Shown here piece by piece: positions 1 through 13,283 of a DNA stretch of 64,000 nucleotides; the stretch's first letter is position 1, and each line of letters opens with the position of its first letter. This DNA is from an uncultured delta proteobacterium (GTDB lineage Bacteria; Desulfobacterota; WTBG01; CAIYCZ01). The stretch spans positions 224,001-288,000 of the forward strand of contig CAWDOY010000003.1 of assembly GCA_963803975.1 (NCBI GenBank), in the 5' to 3' direction. The position numbers and the translations under genes are program-made. The notes below the pieces were generated by a model. That model was not told the DNA's origin. It made no database searches and saw nothing but the letters and a program-made list of their open reading frames with translations.

Positions 1-367
1 TAAGCCTGCAGGGTATTCTATTTATTAAGTATTCACTTTCTCCTGATCTATAGAGCCTCCTGGTGACCATGATTTCCTGCACGTGAACCTCTGCAGAATG
101 GCCATTTTCATTGCTCAGTATGAGTGAAACTTCAGCCATGCCCATAGGCTTCCTGGATTCACTGCCATTGAAAATCAGATCCTCCATGAGTTTGCCCCTC
201 AGGTTGCGTGCATTCTGCTCACCCATAATCCATCTGAATGCATCTATGATATTGCTTTTGCCACAGCCATTGGGGCCTACCAGGGCAGTTATCCCCGGTT
301 GAAAGCTCAGCTTCACTCTATCTACAAAAGTTTTGAAACCTGCTATCTCAAGTGCTTTAACTTGCAT
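1..367 (-). CDS. smc: Chromosome segregation protein SMC, N-terminal part (runs off window)
   Basis: Manual translation (absent from ORF track): MQVKALEIAGFKTF...ALVGPNGCGKSNIIDAFRWIMGEQNARNLRGKLMEDLIFNGSESRKP...RRLYRSGESEYLIN; Walker A and SMC head motifs. Confidence 0.96.
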   Translation of the reverse strand, partial: MQVKALEIAGFKTFVDRVKLSFQPGITALVGPNGCGKSNIIDAFRWIMGEQNARNLRGKLMEDLIFNGSESRKPMGMAEVSLILSNENGHSAEVHVQEIMVTRRLYRSGESEYLINRIPCRL

Positions 368-467
368 TGGTTTCCCTCACCCCTCTTGATAATTTTTCAT
401 AGTAGTTAGAGTTGATTGTTTGCATTGGTAAAATCTATCAAAGAAAAGTTTTCATGTAAAGGGAAAA

Positions 468-516
468 ATACTATAACAGGTATATTTATATATATAGGGG
501 CACTATATATTGTGCT
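468..516. promoter_or_regulatory. NrdR-box-like site(s) upstream of smc
   Basis: gCACTATATATTGTGc at 500-515 fits consensus acaCwAtATaTwGtg; a weak copy (ataCTATAACAGGta) starts 32 bp away. Confidence 0.5.
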
Positions 517-599
517 ATATATGGAATATTAAAGATACTGCGGGGGGAGCAATCAGGATGCTGTAAGAAAGAAGGAGCATTGCACGAAAAATGATACCT

Positions 600-1905
600 T
601 TATTTCAGGTGTTGATCTAACATCTCGACAAGATGCAGCACTTGCGTATCTTTTCCTTTTTGATAAACCCCGTCCATAAACTGCAGCATACACCCCATGC
701 AGCCGGTCACCAGTATTTTTGCCTGTGAATTTTCCAATGACGTTAATTTTTTTTCAAGAATTTTCAGGGACAGGTCATAGTGAGCAATATTAAAACTGCC
801 TCCCATGCCGCAGCAGGTGCCGGCATTCTCCATCTCTACAAACTCAAACGCGGGCAGAGACCGTAAAAGCTCACGGGGCGGTTTTGAAATCCCCTGACTC
901 CGGTGCAGATGGCAGGGATCATGATAGGTAACCAGTATTTTTTTATCCATCAGGGCCAGGAGTTTCTGAACCGGGCTGCTCCAATACCTTGAGCCTGTTT
1001 ATAAGGAAATCAGAAATATCTATGATTTTACTGCTGAAAGCTGCAACCTTATCCTGAATATCCTTACCCGCATTTTCAAACAGCATGGGATAGTATTTCT
1101 TCAAAGCAGCACCGCAGGAGGCACAGGTAGTGACAATGTGGTCAACATGTTCTCCGGAGAATGCTTCAATATTCTGCAGCGCCATCTTCCGCGAAGATTC
1201 CCAGTCCCCCGATCCAAAGGCCATGAGGCCGCAGCAGACCTGCTGCCGGGGGACGGTTAGGGTAACGCCGTATTTGTTTAGAATGTGGGCTGCTGCAGAG
1301 CCTACGCGGGGAAAAATATATTTTGTTGCACAGCCGACAAAATAAGCCGCACGCATGGTTTCCTGTGCTGCAGGTATCACCGGAGGATACAGTTCCATGA
1401 AATTTTTTTTCGGCAGGGCAGGGATGAACCTTTTTTTATCTAAAAGGGGAAAGGGAAATCTGAGCCTGAGGCCGCTATATTTTGGAATTTTCTTAAATAA
1501 AAAGCCCTGCACCAGCGAGCCTGCCTTCAGCAAAGCGGGCAGAAAACGCACACTGCTTAAAAGATAGCGAAAGATAAGTTTTTTCGGCAGCGGCAGCCCT
1601 TGTTGCGCGCAGAGCTCTTTTCGCGCTGTAAGAAAAATCTTTTCCGTCTTAACCTGATTGGGGCAGCCTTCGCCGCAGGTATTACAGACCAGGCACTGCG
1701 AAAGAATCTGACCGAGCCGTTTGGATGCGCTGATATCGCCCCCGGCAAAAGACTCTATAAGGGCAAGCTTTCCTCTCGAAGAGTTCTGTTCTAAAAAAGT
1801 TTCCGGATACAGCGGGCAGTTTAAAAGGCACGTGCCGCATTTAGCGCAGCGCGCTGCCTCATCCTTCAGTTCCTGCAGTTCATTCATGTATTCATTCCAG
1901 GACAA
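600..1905 (-). CDS. glcF: (Fe-S)-binding protein, GlcF-like, with two CCG domains; frameshift near 945
   Basis: CAKCGTCLLNCP and CLVCNTCGEGCP ferredoxin motifs; VCCG, YHDPCHL and TCCGMGG CCG motifs across two overlapping ORFs. Confidence 0.85.
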
Positions 1906-3286
1906 TCTTATTGGGATTCAAAATGTTGTTAGGGTCAAAGGCCTTCTTGATTCTTTTAATAATCTCAATGCCCGCGGCTCCAACTTCCATGTGGAGATAC
2001 GGGGCCTTGGCAATGCCTATGCCATGCTCTCCTGATATGGTTCCGCCATAGGCAACGGTGGCGCGGAATATCTCAGACACTGCCTGCTCGGCACGTTCCA
2101 GCTCGCCATGATCAGCGCGGTTGATCATGAAATTGGTGTGGATGTTACCATCACCGGCATGACCGAAATTCACATTTATCAGGTTATATTTCTTGGCGAT
2201 CTCCCTGATGGTTCTGATTATGTCCGGCACCCGGCTGCGGGGCACGGTAATGTCCTCGTTAATTTTATGGGGATTCAGCTTGAGAAGCGATGCTGAAATG
2301 GAACGCCTGACCTTCCACAGCTCATCCGCCTCTTGAGCAGTCTGTGCGATTTTGACTGTTTCAGCACCGCCCTGCATGCAGATGGCTTCAATTTTATGTG
2401 CATACTTGTCCACTACTTCGCTGTCGCCATCAACCTCGATGATAAGCAGTGCTTCTGCATGTACGGGAAGCCCTGCATGCAAATAATCTTCAACACAGCG
2501 GATTGCCGCCTGGTCAACAAATTCAAGGGTTGAAGGGATGATTTTTGCCTTGATAATCGCAGAAACCGTTTTTGCAGCCGCGTCCATGGAGGGAAAAATT
2601 GCCTGCATGGTTCTTCGTGCCTCAGGCAGCGGCAGCAGTTTCAGATAGATTCTGGTTATGACGCCCAGCGTCCCCTCAGATCCTACCAGAAAACTGGTAA
2701 GGTCATAGCCGGCAACACTCTTCATGGTTTTAGCGCCGGTCTTAACGATGTCACCACTGGGCAGGACCACTTCGAGCCCCAGAACATAGTCTTTGGTAAC
2801 ACCGTATTTTACGCAGCGCGGGCCTCCGGCGCATTCAGCGACATTGCCTCCAAGGGTAGAGAACTTGAGGCTTGCCGGATCCGGCGGGTAAAACAGGCCG
2901 AGTTTTTCAACGGCGTTTTGCAGCTCAGCGGTGATAACACCGGGCTCTACCTCTGCAACCAGGTTATCCGTATCAATGGCTATAATGTTGTTCATCCGCG
3001 TGAGGGAGAGTACCAGCCCTCCTTTGACCGGCACCGAGCCGCCGGTGAACCCGGACCCGGACCCGCGCGGAATGACCGGAAAGAGATGTTGGTTTGCCAG
3101 CCTGAGCAGTTCGGAAACCTGACCGGCAGTCCGGGCAAAAGCGACTGCCTCGGGAAGACATTTCTGATTCAACGCATCGTAGGAAAAACAGATGAGATCC
3201 TCAGTCTGGGTAAAAACTTCACCCTGAACGATATTTTTTATATCCTGTAATACTGCCGGTGTTATTTTGTTGTATGTCATCATCAA
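1892..3286 (-). CDS. glcD: FAD-linked oxidase, GlcD / D-lactate dehydrogenase family
   Basis: PRGSGSGFTGG, YPPDPAS, GHAGDGNIH, ISGEHGIG, DPNNILNP motifs. Confidence 0.92.
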   Translation of the reverse strand: MMMTYNKITPAVLQDIKNIVQGEVFTQTEDLICFSYDALNQKCLPEAVAFARTAGQVSELLRLANQHLFPVIPRGSGSGFTGGSVPVKGGLVLSLTRMNNIIAIDTDNLVAEVEPGVITAELQNAVEKLGLFYPPDPASLKFSTLGGNVAECAGGPRCVKYGVTKDYVLGLEVVLPSGDIVKTGAKTMKSVAGYDLTSFLVGSEGTLGVITRIYLKLLPLPEARRTMQAIFPSMDAAAKTVSAIIKAKIIPSTLEFVDQAAIRCVEDYLHAGLPVHAEALLIIEVDGDSEVVDKYAHKIEAICMQGGAETVKIAQTAQEADELWKVRRSISASLLKLNPHKINEDITVPRSRVPDIIRTIREIAKKYNLINVNFGHAGDGNIHTNFMINRADHGELERAEQAVSEIFRATVAYGGTISGEHGIGIAKAPYLHMEVGAAGIEIIKRIKKAFDPNNILNPNKIVLE

Positions 3287-3449
3287 CCTGCCTTCTCAAT
3301 ATGGTACAATTACCTGGAGCTCGCTTCCCATAAGATTTATGCTATAGAAATAACATTTTAGTATTTACATGGCAAAGTATTTCTGTACAATAGGGGTAAC
3401 AGCAGTCTAAACGGCAGTTGCAATAACCACAGCAGGGAGGGGAGATACC

Positions 3450-4285
3450 ATGATAAAAAGCATTCTCATACCAACCGATGGTTCTGTTAACAGTAATACA
3501 GCACGGGACTGCGGCCTCCATCTGGCCGAACAGTTCGGGGCTGAACTTACCGGGCTCAATGTAATTGACATCAGGGCGCTGGAGGGACCATTCTTTAGTG
3601 ATATCTCAGGGTCCCTCGGGTTTATTCCCTATCAAAACTACCTTCCCAATTATCAGCGCGTTCTTGAAGAGCGCGCTGAGGTAATCCTGGAAGAGTTTAA
3701 AAAAATGTGCTCGGAGAAGGGTGCCCAGGTCAAAACCAGACGGCTGACCGGTATCATCTCCAATATTATAGCTGAAGAAGCAAAAAAGGTTGACCTGGTC
3801 ATCATGGCACAGCGCGGCGAGCATGCACAATGGTCATCGGGCCTGCTGGGATCAACCACAGAATCGGTCGTTCGTAAGTCGCCGCGGCCTGTTATGGTTA
3901 CGCCCCTGAAATTCCGGCCGATGCATAATGTTCTCAGTGCCTATGACGGCAGCAGCGAGTCGAATAAAGCGCTGAAGCTTGCATGCGAATTTGTCCACGC
4001 TATAAAGGGCGCGCTTACGGTACTCGTGGCGGTCACAACGAGGAGAGATGCCGGGAAATCACCGCAGAAGCTGAGGAATTCATCCGGCCCTATCATCTGA
4101 GTGCAACAGCCGCATGGGTGCTGGGTGAGGCGCACGAGGAAATTCTCAAACATGCCGAGCAGAACAATATTGATCTCATTGTTATGGGAGCTTTCGGCCA
4201 CAGCCGGGTACGAGAGCTCCTCCTGGGGGGTACTACTGCATATATCCTGAGAAAAGCTCAGATTCCGGTATTATTGCATCGTTAA
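3450..4285 (+). CDS. Tandem-domain universal stress protein (frameshift near 4040)
   Basis: ILIPTDGS, LLGSTTESVV, AYDGS, DLIVMGAFGHSR...LLGGTT. Confidence 0.88.
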
Positions 4286-4601
4286 TAGAGAGAGGAGGCT
4301 CCTCACGGGTGCTGAGCCAAGGGGCGGCACTGTATGTAACACGCCTAGCAGCAGCAGGTACATCACGTCCAGGCTGCTGTGTGGCAGCGTCGTATAAAAG
4401 CTCGCTTCCTTTATTCTTCCCCGTTACCATTGTCATACTACTGCACCCTGGCAAACGCACTATCCATTGCCATTTTTATTACACAATAACGAGACCGGCA
4501 GGCAGCTATTTTTTTACTTTACAACCCGTCATTTATACATAATAGTGTCTCACTTACCTGCGCTTGCATTTATATAATACTTCTACTGATAAGGAGCATG
4601 C

Positions 4602-5693
4602 ATGAATAAATATTTCTCGCGGAAGGCAAAAATAAATCCTGACCCCATTGCCCGGGAAATCACTGTGGCAGACCTGGTTGATAAAACATTTCTTGCCTAT
4701 AATGCGGGGCGGCTGCGCGAGGCCTGCCGGCTTTTCACTGATAAAATGATCAAGGAAGACGTGCTCGTCGGCATGAGCATAACCGGTGCGCTTACCCCTG
4801 CCGGGCTCGGCATATCGTGCCTCATCCCGCTGATGAAAAACGGCCTGATTGACTGGATCGTGAGCACCGGGGCAAACCTGTATCATGACCTGCATTTCAG
4901 CCTTGGCAAATCACTCTACCGGGGGTCTCCCCATTGTAATGATACGGTTTTGAGACAGGAGAAGATCGTGCGCATTTATGATATTCTCTTTGATTACGAT
5001 ATTCTCATGTCAACCGACACCTTCATTCGCACCGTGCTTGCAGCGCCTGAGTTTCAGAAAAAGATGAGTTCAGCAGAGCTGCACTATCTGCTGGGCAAAT
5101 ACAGCGCTGCGCGGGAGCGGAAACTCGGGCTTAAAGACCGGAGCATCCTGTCAGCAGCCTACACTAATAAAATCCCCATCTATACATCATCACCGGGTGA
5201 CAGCGGGATAGGCATGAATATAGCAGCGCTTTCGCTTATGGGCAGCGCGCTCAGCATTGATATGAGCCGTGATGTTAATGAAACAGCTGCATTAGTGTAT
5301 GACATTAAAAAGCGCCGCGGCAAAAGCGCCGTGATTATGCTGGGCGGCGGCTCGCCGAAAAATTTTATCCTGCAAACAGAGCCGCATATTCAGGAGATTT
5401 TAAACCTCAATGAAACAGGGCATGACTACTTTATTCAGATAACTGACGCCCGGCCGGACACCGGAGGACTTTCCGGCGCAACGCCGAACGAAGCAGTTAC
5501 CTGGGGCAAGATCAATCCGGGTTCACTTCCCGATACCGTGGTGGTGTATGCTGATACCACGATTGCGCTTCCCGTCATAACCGCATACGCCCTGGAGCGC
5601 GGCAGAAAACGGAAGCACAAAAAGCTCTATGACCGCAGGGATGAACTGCTGGCATCCATGAAACGTGATGCACAAGACAAAGCTAAAAAATGA
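4602..5693 (+). CDS. Deoxyhypusine synthase-like protein (probable homospermidine biosynthesis)
   Basis: GALTPAG, STGANLYHD, GGGSPKNF, TDARPDTGGLSGATPNEAVTWGK (catalytic Lys motif). Confidence 0.9.
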   Translation: MNKYFSRKAKINPDPIAREITVADLVDKTFLAYNAGRLREACRLFTDKMIKEDVLVGMSITGALTPAGLGISCLIPLMKNGLIDWIVSTGANLYHDLHFSLGKSLYRGSPHCNDTVLRQEKIVRIYDILFDYDILMSTDTFIRTVLAAPEFQKKMSSAELHYLLGKYSAARERKLGLKDRSILSAAYTNKIPIYTSSPGDSGIGMNIAALSLMGSALSIDMSRDVNETAALVYDIKKRRGKSAVIMLGGGSPKNFILQTEPHIQEILNLNETGHDYFIQITDARPDTGGLSGATPNEAVTWGKINPGSLPDTVVVYADTTIALPVITAYALERGRKRKHKKLYDRRDELLASMKRDAQDKAKK

Positions 5694-6508
5694 ATAACCT
5701 CAAGAGTGACTATGCAATAGGTATTTTTGATTCAGGAATCGGCGGACTGACGGTGCTGCGGGCGGTTAAGAGGCTGCTGCCGCAGGAGCACATCATGTAT
5801 CTGGGAGACACCGCGCGGGTCCCCTATGGCACGCGCTCGGCTCAAACTGTTTTAAAATACTCCATTGCCAATACTGATTTTCTGCTCAGACAGAATATCA
5901 AACTGCTGGTTATTGCCTGTAATACGGCATCTGCAGTAGCTACGGATGCGCTGCGGGAGCGCTATGCTATCCCGATTATTGAGGTTATAACTCCCGGCGC
6001 ACGCGGGGCGGTCAGGTCAACCCGTTCCCGGAAGGTTGGTATCATCGGCACGGAAACAACAATAAAAAGCGGGGCCTATCAGAAAGCCATACAAGCTTTA
6101 AACCCGCAGATTGAAGTTTTCACCCGGCCCTGCCCGTTATTTGTGCCGCTTGCAGAAGAGGGCTGGTGCGACCCGCAGGATGAGATTGTCCGTTTAACCG
6201 CGCTGCGCTACCTCGAAGAGCTGCAGGGCCACGGCATCGATACGCTGGTGCTCGGATGCACGCACTATCCGCTGCTGAAAGGGGTAATTCAAAAGGTGAT
6301 GGGAGACCCTGTTACCCTCATAGATTCGGCAGAGGAGACAGCACGCGAGGTTGAGAAACTCCTTGAAGAAAACGGGCTGCTGCAGGCACCTACGGGTACA
6401 GGAACCTGTTCGTTCTTTGTTACTGATATTCCGCACCGCTTTATTGAAACCGGAAAATTATTTCTGGGAAAAGAAATAGAGACTGTTCAATTAATTGATA
6501 TTCTGTAA
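5690..6508 (+). CDS. murI: Glutamate racemase
   Basis: FDSGIGGLTV, DTARVPYG, IACNTAS, LGCTHYP. Confidence 0.97.
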   Translation: MNNLKSDYAIGIFDSGIGGLTVLRAVKRLLPQEHIMYLGDTARVPYGTRSAQTVLKYSIANTDFLLRQNIKLLVIACNTASAVATDALRERYAIPIIEVITPGARGAVRSTRSRKVGIIGTETTIKSGAYQKAIQALNPQIEVFTRPCPLFVPLAEEGWCDPQDEIVRLTALRYLEELQGHGIDTLVLGCTHYPLLKGVIQKVMGDPVTLIDSAEETAREVEKLLEENGLLQAPTGTGTCSFFVTDIPHRFIETGKLFLGKEIETVQLIDIL

Positions 6509-6513
6509 TAGTA

Positions 6514-6810
6514 GAGCAATTGCAAAAGTATTCAAGAAAAGGGATTGCTTCGCTTCCTAAGAAACTTCCGTTCATGCACAATTCAAAAACATTGTGCAGG
6601 TGGTTCATGCATGCAATGACACCCCCCTGTTTCCCCCCTTGCCAAGGGGGGATGTAAGAGGGGTCTCCCGAGACTTGTTTCTTTCATGAACAACCCCGAA
6701 GCGCAGCGCCGGGGTCAGATGCTCTGCAATGACAAATGGCTTATTTGCTGTCATTGCGAGGAGTGCAGCGACGAAGCAATCTTATAAAATATTATTTTTG
6801 CAATTGGCTC
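6514..6810. repeat. Nested palindromic REP/MITE-like element
   Basis: Terminal inverted repeat GAGC(C)AATTGCAAAA...TTTTGCAATTGGCTC; inner IRs GATTGCTTCG/CGAAGCAATC and GCAATGACA/TGTCATTGC; C/G hairpin CCCCCCTTGCCAAGGGGGG. Confidence 0.7.
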
Positions 6811-6861
6811 AGTAGAAAAATAAATTCATGACCGGCTGCAGGAACAGGTATAGGCAGTAGT

Positions 6862-7449
6862 ATGGCAGAGGCAAAGCATAAAGAGAAAAAGCAGAAACAA
6901 AACAAACAGGGCGCTATGTTCTGGCCCGTTGTAATCATCTGCTGTGTAGCTATGGCTGCTGCAGCGCTCTATTTCTATAATAAAGAGCTGGTCGGCAAAA
7001 CCCGTTCCCTGTTCATGGACCAGTCGGGCACCTGGAATGCAACGCTCTATTTTGGTGATGAACGCGCTGATTTTCTTATAACGGAGTTTCGCCGGCTTAC
7101 CACCTCAGCTGATCCGGAAGAAAAGGCAAAAGCCCTGGTCAACGAGCTTATCCGGGGTCCGACAGCCCGGGGGGTGCGGACTTTGCCAAAGCAGACAAGG
7201 CTTATCGGGATAAAAACAGGAGATGACGGTTTATTGAGCATAAATTTCGGGTCGGAAATGGTTCAGTACCACCCGGGAGGAAGCACCGCAGAACTTCTTA
7301 CCGTATATGCCATTGTTAATACAATCACGGCAAATATACCGGAAGTAATAAAAGTTCAGCTGCTGTTTGATGGTATTGCGATAGAGACTATTGCAGGCCA
7401 CATTGATTGCAGCAACCCGATTTACCCAAAACGGGAACTGGTTCATTAA
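6862..7449 (+). CDS. GerMN domain membrane-anchored protein
   Basis: N-terminal TM, LYF, ELIRGP, GGSTAELLTVYAIVNT, VQLLFDG..ETIAGHID. Confidence 0.85.
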   Translation: MAEAKHKEKKQKQNKQGAMFWPVVIICCVAMAAAALYFYNKELVGKTRSLFMDQSGTWNATLYFGDERADFLITEFRRLTTSADPEEKAKALVNELIRGPTARGVRTLPKQTRLIGIKTGDDGLLSINFGSEMVQYHPGGSTAELLTVYAIVNTITANIPEVIKVQLLFDGIAIETIAGHIDCSNPIYPKRELVH

Positions 7450-7489
7450 ATTAACATAACACGCTTGCTCGCGCGTACACACAACAGGT

Positions 7490-9531
<2,042 letters not shown>

Positions 9532-9640
9532 TAATCGTGACCGGTTTTAATACGTTATTATTTTATGTGGCTTTATAAAATCGATGGCAGAGGGATGGGG
9601 TGAGGGTGCAAACAAGTAATTACAGAATTCCAGTATATTA

Positions 9641-9678
9641 TTGCCCCGCTTAATCCCCTTCGCCAGGGGCGGGACAAA
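9641..9678. repeat. Short C/G hairpin (REP-like)
   Basis: CCCCTTCGCCAGGGG core resembling the hairpin at ~6633-6651. Confidence 0.35.
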
Positions 9679-9739
9679 CTGACTTTTTACGGTTATCATT
9701 ACTATGTGAGTACCTTATTATCAAAGAGAGGAGAATTGA

Positions 9740-9958
9740 ATGAAAGAAAAAGTACAGGAAGTTCTGGATAGAATCCGGCCCGCGCTGCAGGCCGACGGTG
9801 GCAATATTGAACTGATTGACATTGTTGACGGCGTGGTGAAAGTGAAGCTGCTGGGGGCATGTCAAGGGTGCATGGGGGCACAGATGACCCTGAAGATGGG
9901 CGTTGAGAAAGTTCTTAAAGAAGCAATCCCTGAAGTAAAATGCGTGGAGGCTGTTTAA
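9740..9958 (+). CDS. NifU family (Nfu) Fe-S carrier
   Basis: IRPALQADGG, GACQGC, TLKMGVEK. Confidence 0.92.
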   Translation: MKEKVQEVLDRIRPALQADGGNIELIDIVDGVVKVKLLGACQGCMGAQMTLKMGVEKVLKEAIPEVKCVEAV

Positions 9959-9966
9959 TTATACGG

Positions 9967-10432
9967 TTACTGCCCTGACGCTTCCGCTTGTTTATCGTGT
10001 GCGGCAAAATAATCCTCAAGAATCTGCTTATGATCAAACACCAGGGGCTGAGGAAGAGAGTCCCTGGTGAATACCCGCGCATCAGAGGCGTCGTCACCGC
10101 CAGCGGGAACGCCGTGCGCTGCGGCACAAAATACCGTCGATATGGTATGAAACCGTGGGTCGCGGGCAGGATCAGAATAGGAATGAAGCTGGCCTTTCAG
10201 GATAACGTCAAGAGCAGTTTCTTCCTTTGCCTCTCTGACCGCAGCATTGTTCAAGCGTTTCTCCGTAATCTACAAAACCCCCCGGCAAGGCCCATCCGAG
10301 CGGGGGGTTTTTTCTCTTTATTAAAACAATCCCGTTGCCTTCAACCTCAATAATGATATCAACGGTAACCTGAGGACTTTTATATTCTTCAAATTCCCGC
10401 GAGCAATACGGACATATTTTACTAACCTTCAT
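9967..10432 (-). CDS. NUDIX hydrolase (frameshift near 10250)
   Basis: [15 protein letters not shown] + [11 protein letters not shown]udix box across two frames; [11 protein letters not shown]. Confidence 0.88.
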
Positions 10433-10536
10433 GATTGCGCCTCCGCCTGATTCACATATCCCTTGACGGCCATACTACTGGCTGATAATATCCGTCCAAA
10501 CAGTACCATGTCAACCGTCATTTGTGGTGAGTTGTA

Positions 10537-10737
10537 GTGCGTATGGCATATTTTCTCAGTGTCTTAGGGTTGGCTCTTATTATTGAAGGGCTTCCTTATT
10601 TTGCGTTCCCCGAAAGAATGAAATCACTGCTTGAAAAACTGCCCGCATTTCCCGCCCGGTTTCTCAGAGTATTTGGTGTAGCAGCAATCAGTGTCGGGCT
10701 CTTATTAATTTATATCTCTCAGAACTATCTGCGATGA
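10537..10737 (+). CDS. DUF2065 family small membrane protein
   Basis: GLALIIEGLPYFAFPERMK...LRVFG. Confidence 0.82.
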   Translation: MRMAYFLSVLGLALIIEGLPYFAFPERMKSLLEKLPAFPARFLRVFGVAAISVGLLLIYISQNYLR

Positions 10738-10753
10738 AACGAGCTCAATACCA

Positions 10754-11910
10754 TGTCACGTCTCATCAGCATTGTTAATGGAACTATAATAATTTTGTTT
10801 TTGTTCTGTTGCCCTGACAGCGGCTGGCCATGCCGGGAAATACCCGGAAACAATCAGGCTGCTTATCGGCACGTATGGTAAAACTTTCTCAGTCGCCGGG
10901 AGCCGGATAAAACTTACATGCCTTGATACCGGCGCCAGACCGGTTTACTGTTCCGGCAATACCCTGTCAGTGAAGCGAAATAAAAAATGGTATAGAAATA
11001 AACAGGGAGCATTTCACCGGGCAGCACTTCAGGCTGGATTCACCCGGACACTGCGCTGACAATTGACGGAACCAGCTATGGCGGAACGGTCATTATTGAT
11101 TGCAGCAGCAAAAAAGAGATGCTGCTCATCAACGAGATAGACCTTGAACAGTATCTTGAAGGCCTCATCAGCATCGAGCTGTCTCCCCGCTGGGAGCTGA
11201 CTGCCATGAAAGTCCAGGCAGTTGTTGCCCGAACCTATGCACTCTATCAGAAAGCAAACAATAGTAATAATCCCTACCACCTCACAACCTCTGTCCTCCA
11301 TCAGCTCTACCGGGGCATTGAACACGCGACCGGGAAAACCAGGCAGGCAGTGAAAGAAACCAGGGGAGAAGTGCTGACCTATAACGGGCTGCCCATCATG
11401 GCAGTCTATCACAGCTGCTGCGGCGGAAGAACTGAAGATGCGGAGAATGTCTGGAACACGGATAAAGACCGGCCCTATTTAAAGGGGGTATTCTGCGGCG
11501 CATGCACGGGGTATGATAAATATTTCTGGAAGCTCACGGTTCCCCGCGGAACATTCTATCAAAAAATCAGTCAGGCCGGATACGCCGGGGATACGGAAGT
11601 GGAATCGTTAGGCATCAACAGGAGAAGCAGCACTAACCGGGTGCTTGAAATAACCATCCAGGGAAGAAGTGGCGGCAAAGCTATTCCGTGTAATGAGTTT
11701 CGTTCACTCTTTGGCTTCTCAGAAATGCGCAGCACCAATTTCATTATCAGGGAAACGGAAGACGGCTACCTCAACTTTTTAGGCATCGGTAATGGCCATG
11801 GAGTCGGCATGTGCCAGTGGGGAGCGCGCTTTCGTGCGCTGCGGGGAGAAACGTACCAGAATATCCTCCGCCACTATTATCCCGGCACGAAACTGGAGAG
11901 ATGGTACTGA
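10754..11910 (+). CDS. SpoIID/LytB domain protein (lytic transglycosylase-like; N-terminus frameshifted)
   Basis: INEIDLEQYL, KVQAVVARTYA, YHSCCGGRT, GNGHGVGMCQWGA, ILRHYYPG; hydrophobic start at 10754 is in another frame. Confidence 0.88.
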
Positions 11911-11924
11911 GACCGGATGGTTCT

Positions 11925-13283
11925 TCATGCGGTTATTCTGCATTCCAGTTTCAGTTTTTCAAGATCATGCAATGAAAATCTTTCCCACTGACAGGGTAGC
12001 AGACTGTTATTGTGAAACAGCGGCTCATCTGCTATGGGAAAGGATGATGCGGCAACTGCCCGGTCCCATAACGCAGTGCCCGGAATAGGGGAGTATTCTG
12101 CAATGATGGGCTTTAATCCCACTGCTTTTACCAGTTGAATGGTATCAGAAATCTCACGGGCCTCCTGTTCCGGAAGCCCGGCAAGTATATAGACGCCAAC
12201 CTCACGGGAAGTAAAACCCGCCATCCGGAGAAAGCCTGCTGTATTTATAAATTCTTCTGTTACTACTTTTCCTCCGGTCAGCTTCTGCCTGTTTGTGTCA
12301 GCGGTTTCAAGACCAAGCCTGATTGTTTTGCAGCCTGATTTCATCATCAGGTCTGCAATCTCCTGCGTAAAATACCTGATGTGCAGGCCATTGGGAAAAT
12401 GGAGCCTGATGGGTAAATTTCTTTTTATCAGCTCCTTTAAGAGAGGCAGAGCATGCGCTCCGGGGTCAAACATGAATGCATCATCGTAAAACGCAAAATC
12501 TGTAACGCCTTCATGCTGTGCCCAATGTTCAATCTCATCTGCAACTTTCAGGGGGGTTCTGCGGCTAAAACCGTTACATAGCAGGGAAGATGCGCAGTAG
12601 GTACAGCTGAACGGGCACCCTCTGGCTGTCATTATGGGCAGCGCAGCTTTTGATGACAGCAGTTCATACGCAGGGTAGGGGAGGCTGTCAGGATTATATA
12701 TATCAGGCAGGGCTGCAATTTCTTTGCGCGTGAGTTCTGCTACGATACGAAGAACTTCTGATTCTCCGGGACCGCGCACCACGATATCAGCACCTGATAA
12801 CTTCCGGGCATGCTCATGACAAATGGTTGCATAAACTCCTCCCAAAACAACCGGCACGTCAGGATAGCGCGCTTTTACACGGTTAATAACTTCAAACACG
12901 CCCGGATAACAGTAGGTCATCATGGAGGTTACGAGCACTGCCTGCGGTTTTGGCAGAGAAGAGACGCTATCTTCGAATATCTCGGGCGTTATGCCATAGC
13001 GTTTATAGCGTTTATTGATGATGGATTTTAATGCATCAGGTTTTGATACCTGCTGATTATAAAAGCGGCCCCTGCCGGTATCCTGCCGTGCAAGTATTTT
13101 AGTTCCAAACAGCTCATGCATGCGAGGATGGTTTGGGTCCAGGCAATCAATGAAATGAACGCCAAAACCATTAGATTTCAGAAGTGCTGCAATATACAAA
13201 AGACCCAGCGGCTTTGACCACAGGTCATAGGCGGCAAAATCATAGATCCAGGGATTAATTAATAAAATGAATGGCGTGCTCAC
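11925..13283 (-). CDS. B12-binding domain radical SAM protein
   Basis: INPWIYDFAAYD, PLGLLY, LGGVYAT, RGCPFSCTYCAS. Confidence 0.9.
   Translation of the reverse strand: MSTPFILLINPWIYDFAAYDLWSKPLGLLYIAALLKSNGFGVHFIDCLDPNHPRMHELFGTKILARQDTGRGRFYNQQVSKPDALKSIINKRYKRYGITPEIFEDSVSSLPKPQAVLVTSMMTYCYPGVFEVINRVKARYPDVPVVLGGVYATICHEHARKLSGADIVVRGPGESEVLRIVAELTRKEIAALPDIYNPDSLPYPAYELLSSKAALPIMTARGCPFSCTYCASSLLCNGFSRRTPLKVADEIEHWAQHEGVTDFAFYDDAFMFDPGAHALPLLKELIKRNLPIRLHFPNGLHIRYFTQEIADLMMKSGCKTIRLGLETADTNRQKLTGGKVVTEEFINTAGFLRMAGFTSREVGVYILAGLPEQEAREISDTIQLVKAVGLKPIIAEYSPIPGTALWDRAVAASSFPIADEPLFHNNSLLPCQWERFSLHDLEKLKLECRITA

Noticed and set aside
111..302. 63-aa plus-strand ORF and the many similar antisense ORFs in the track
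   Set aside because: Shadows of real genes on the opposite strand (here smc).
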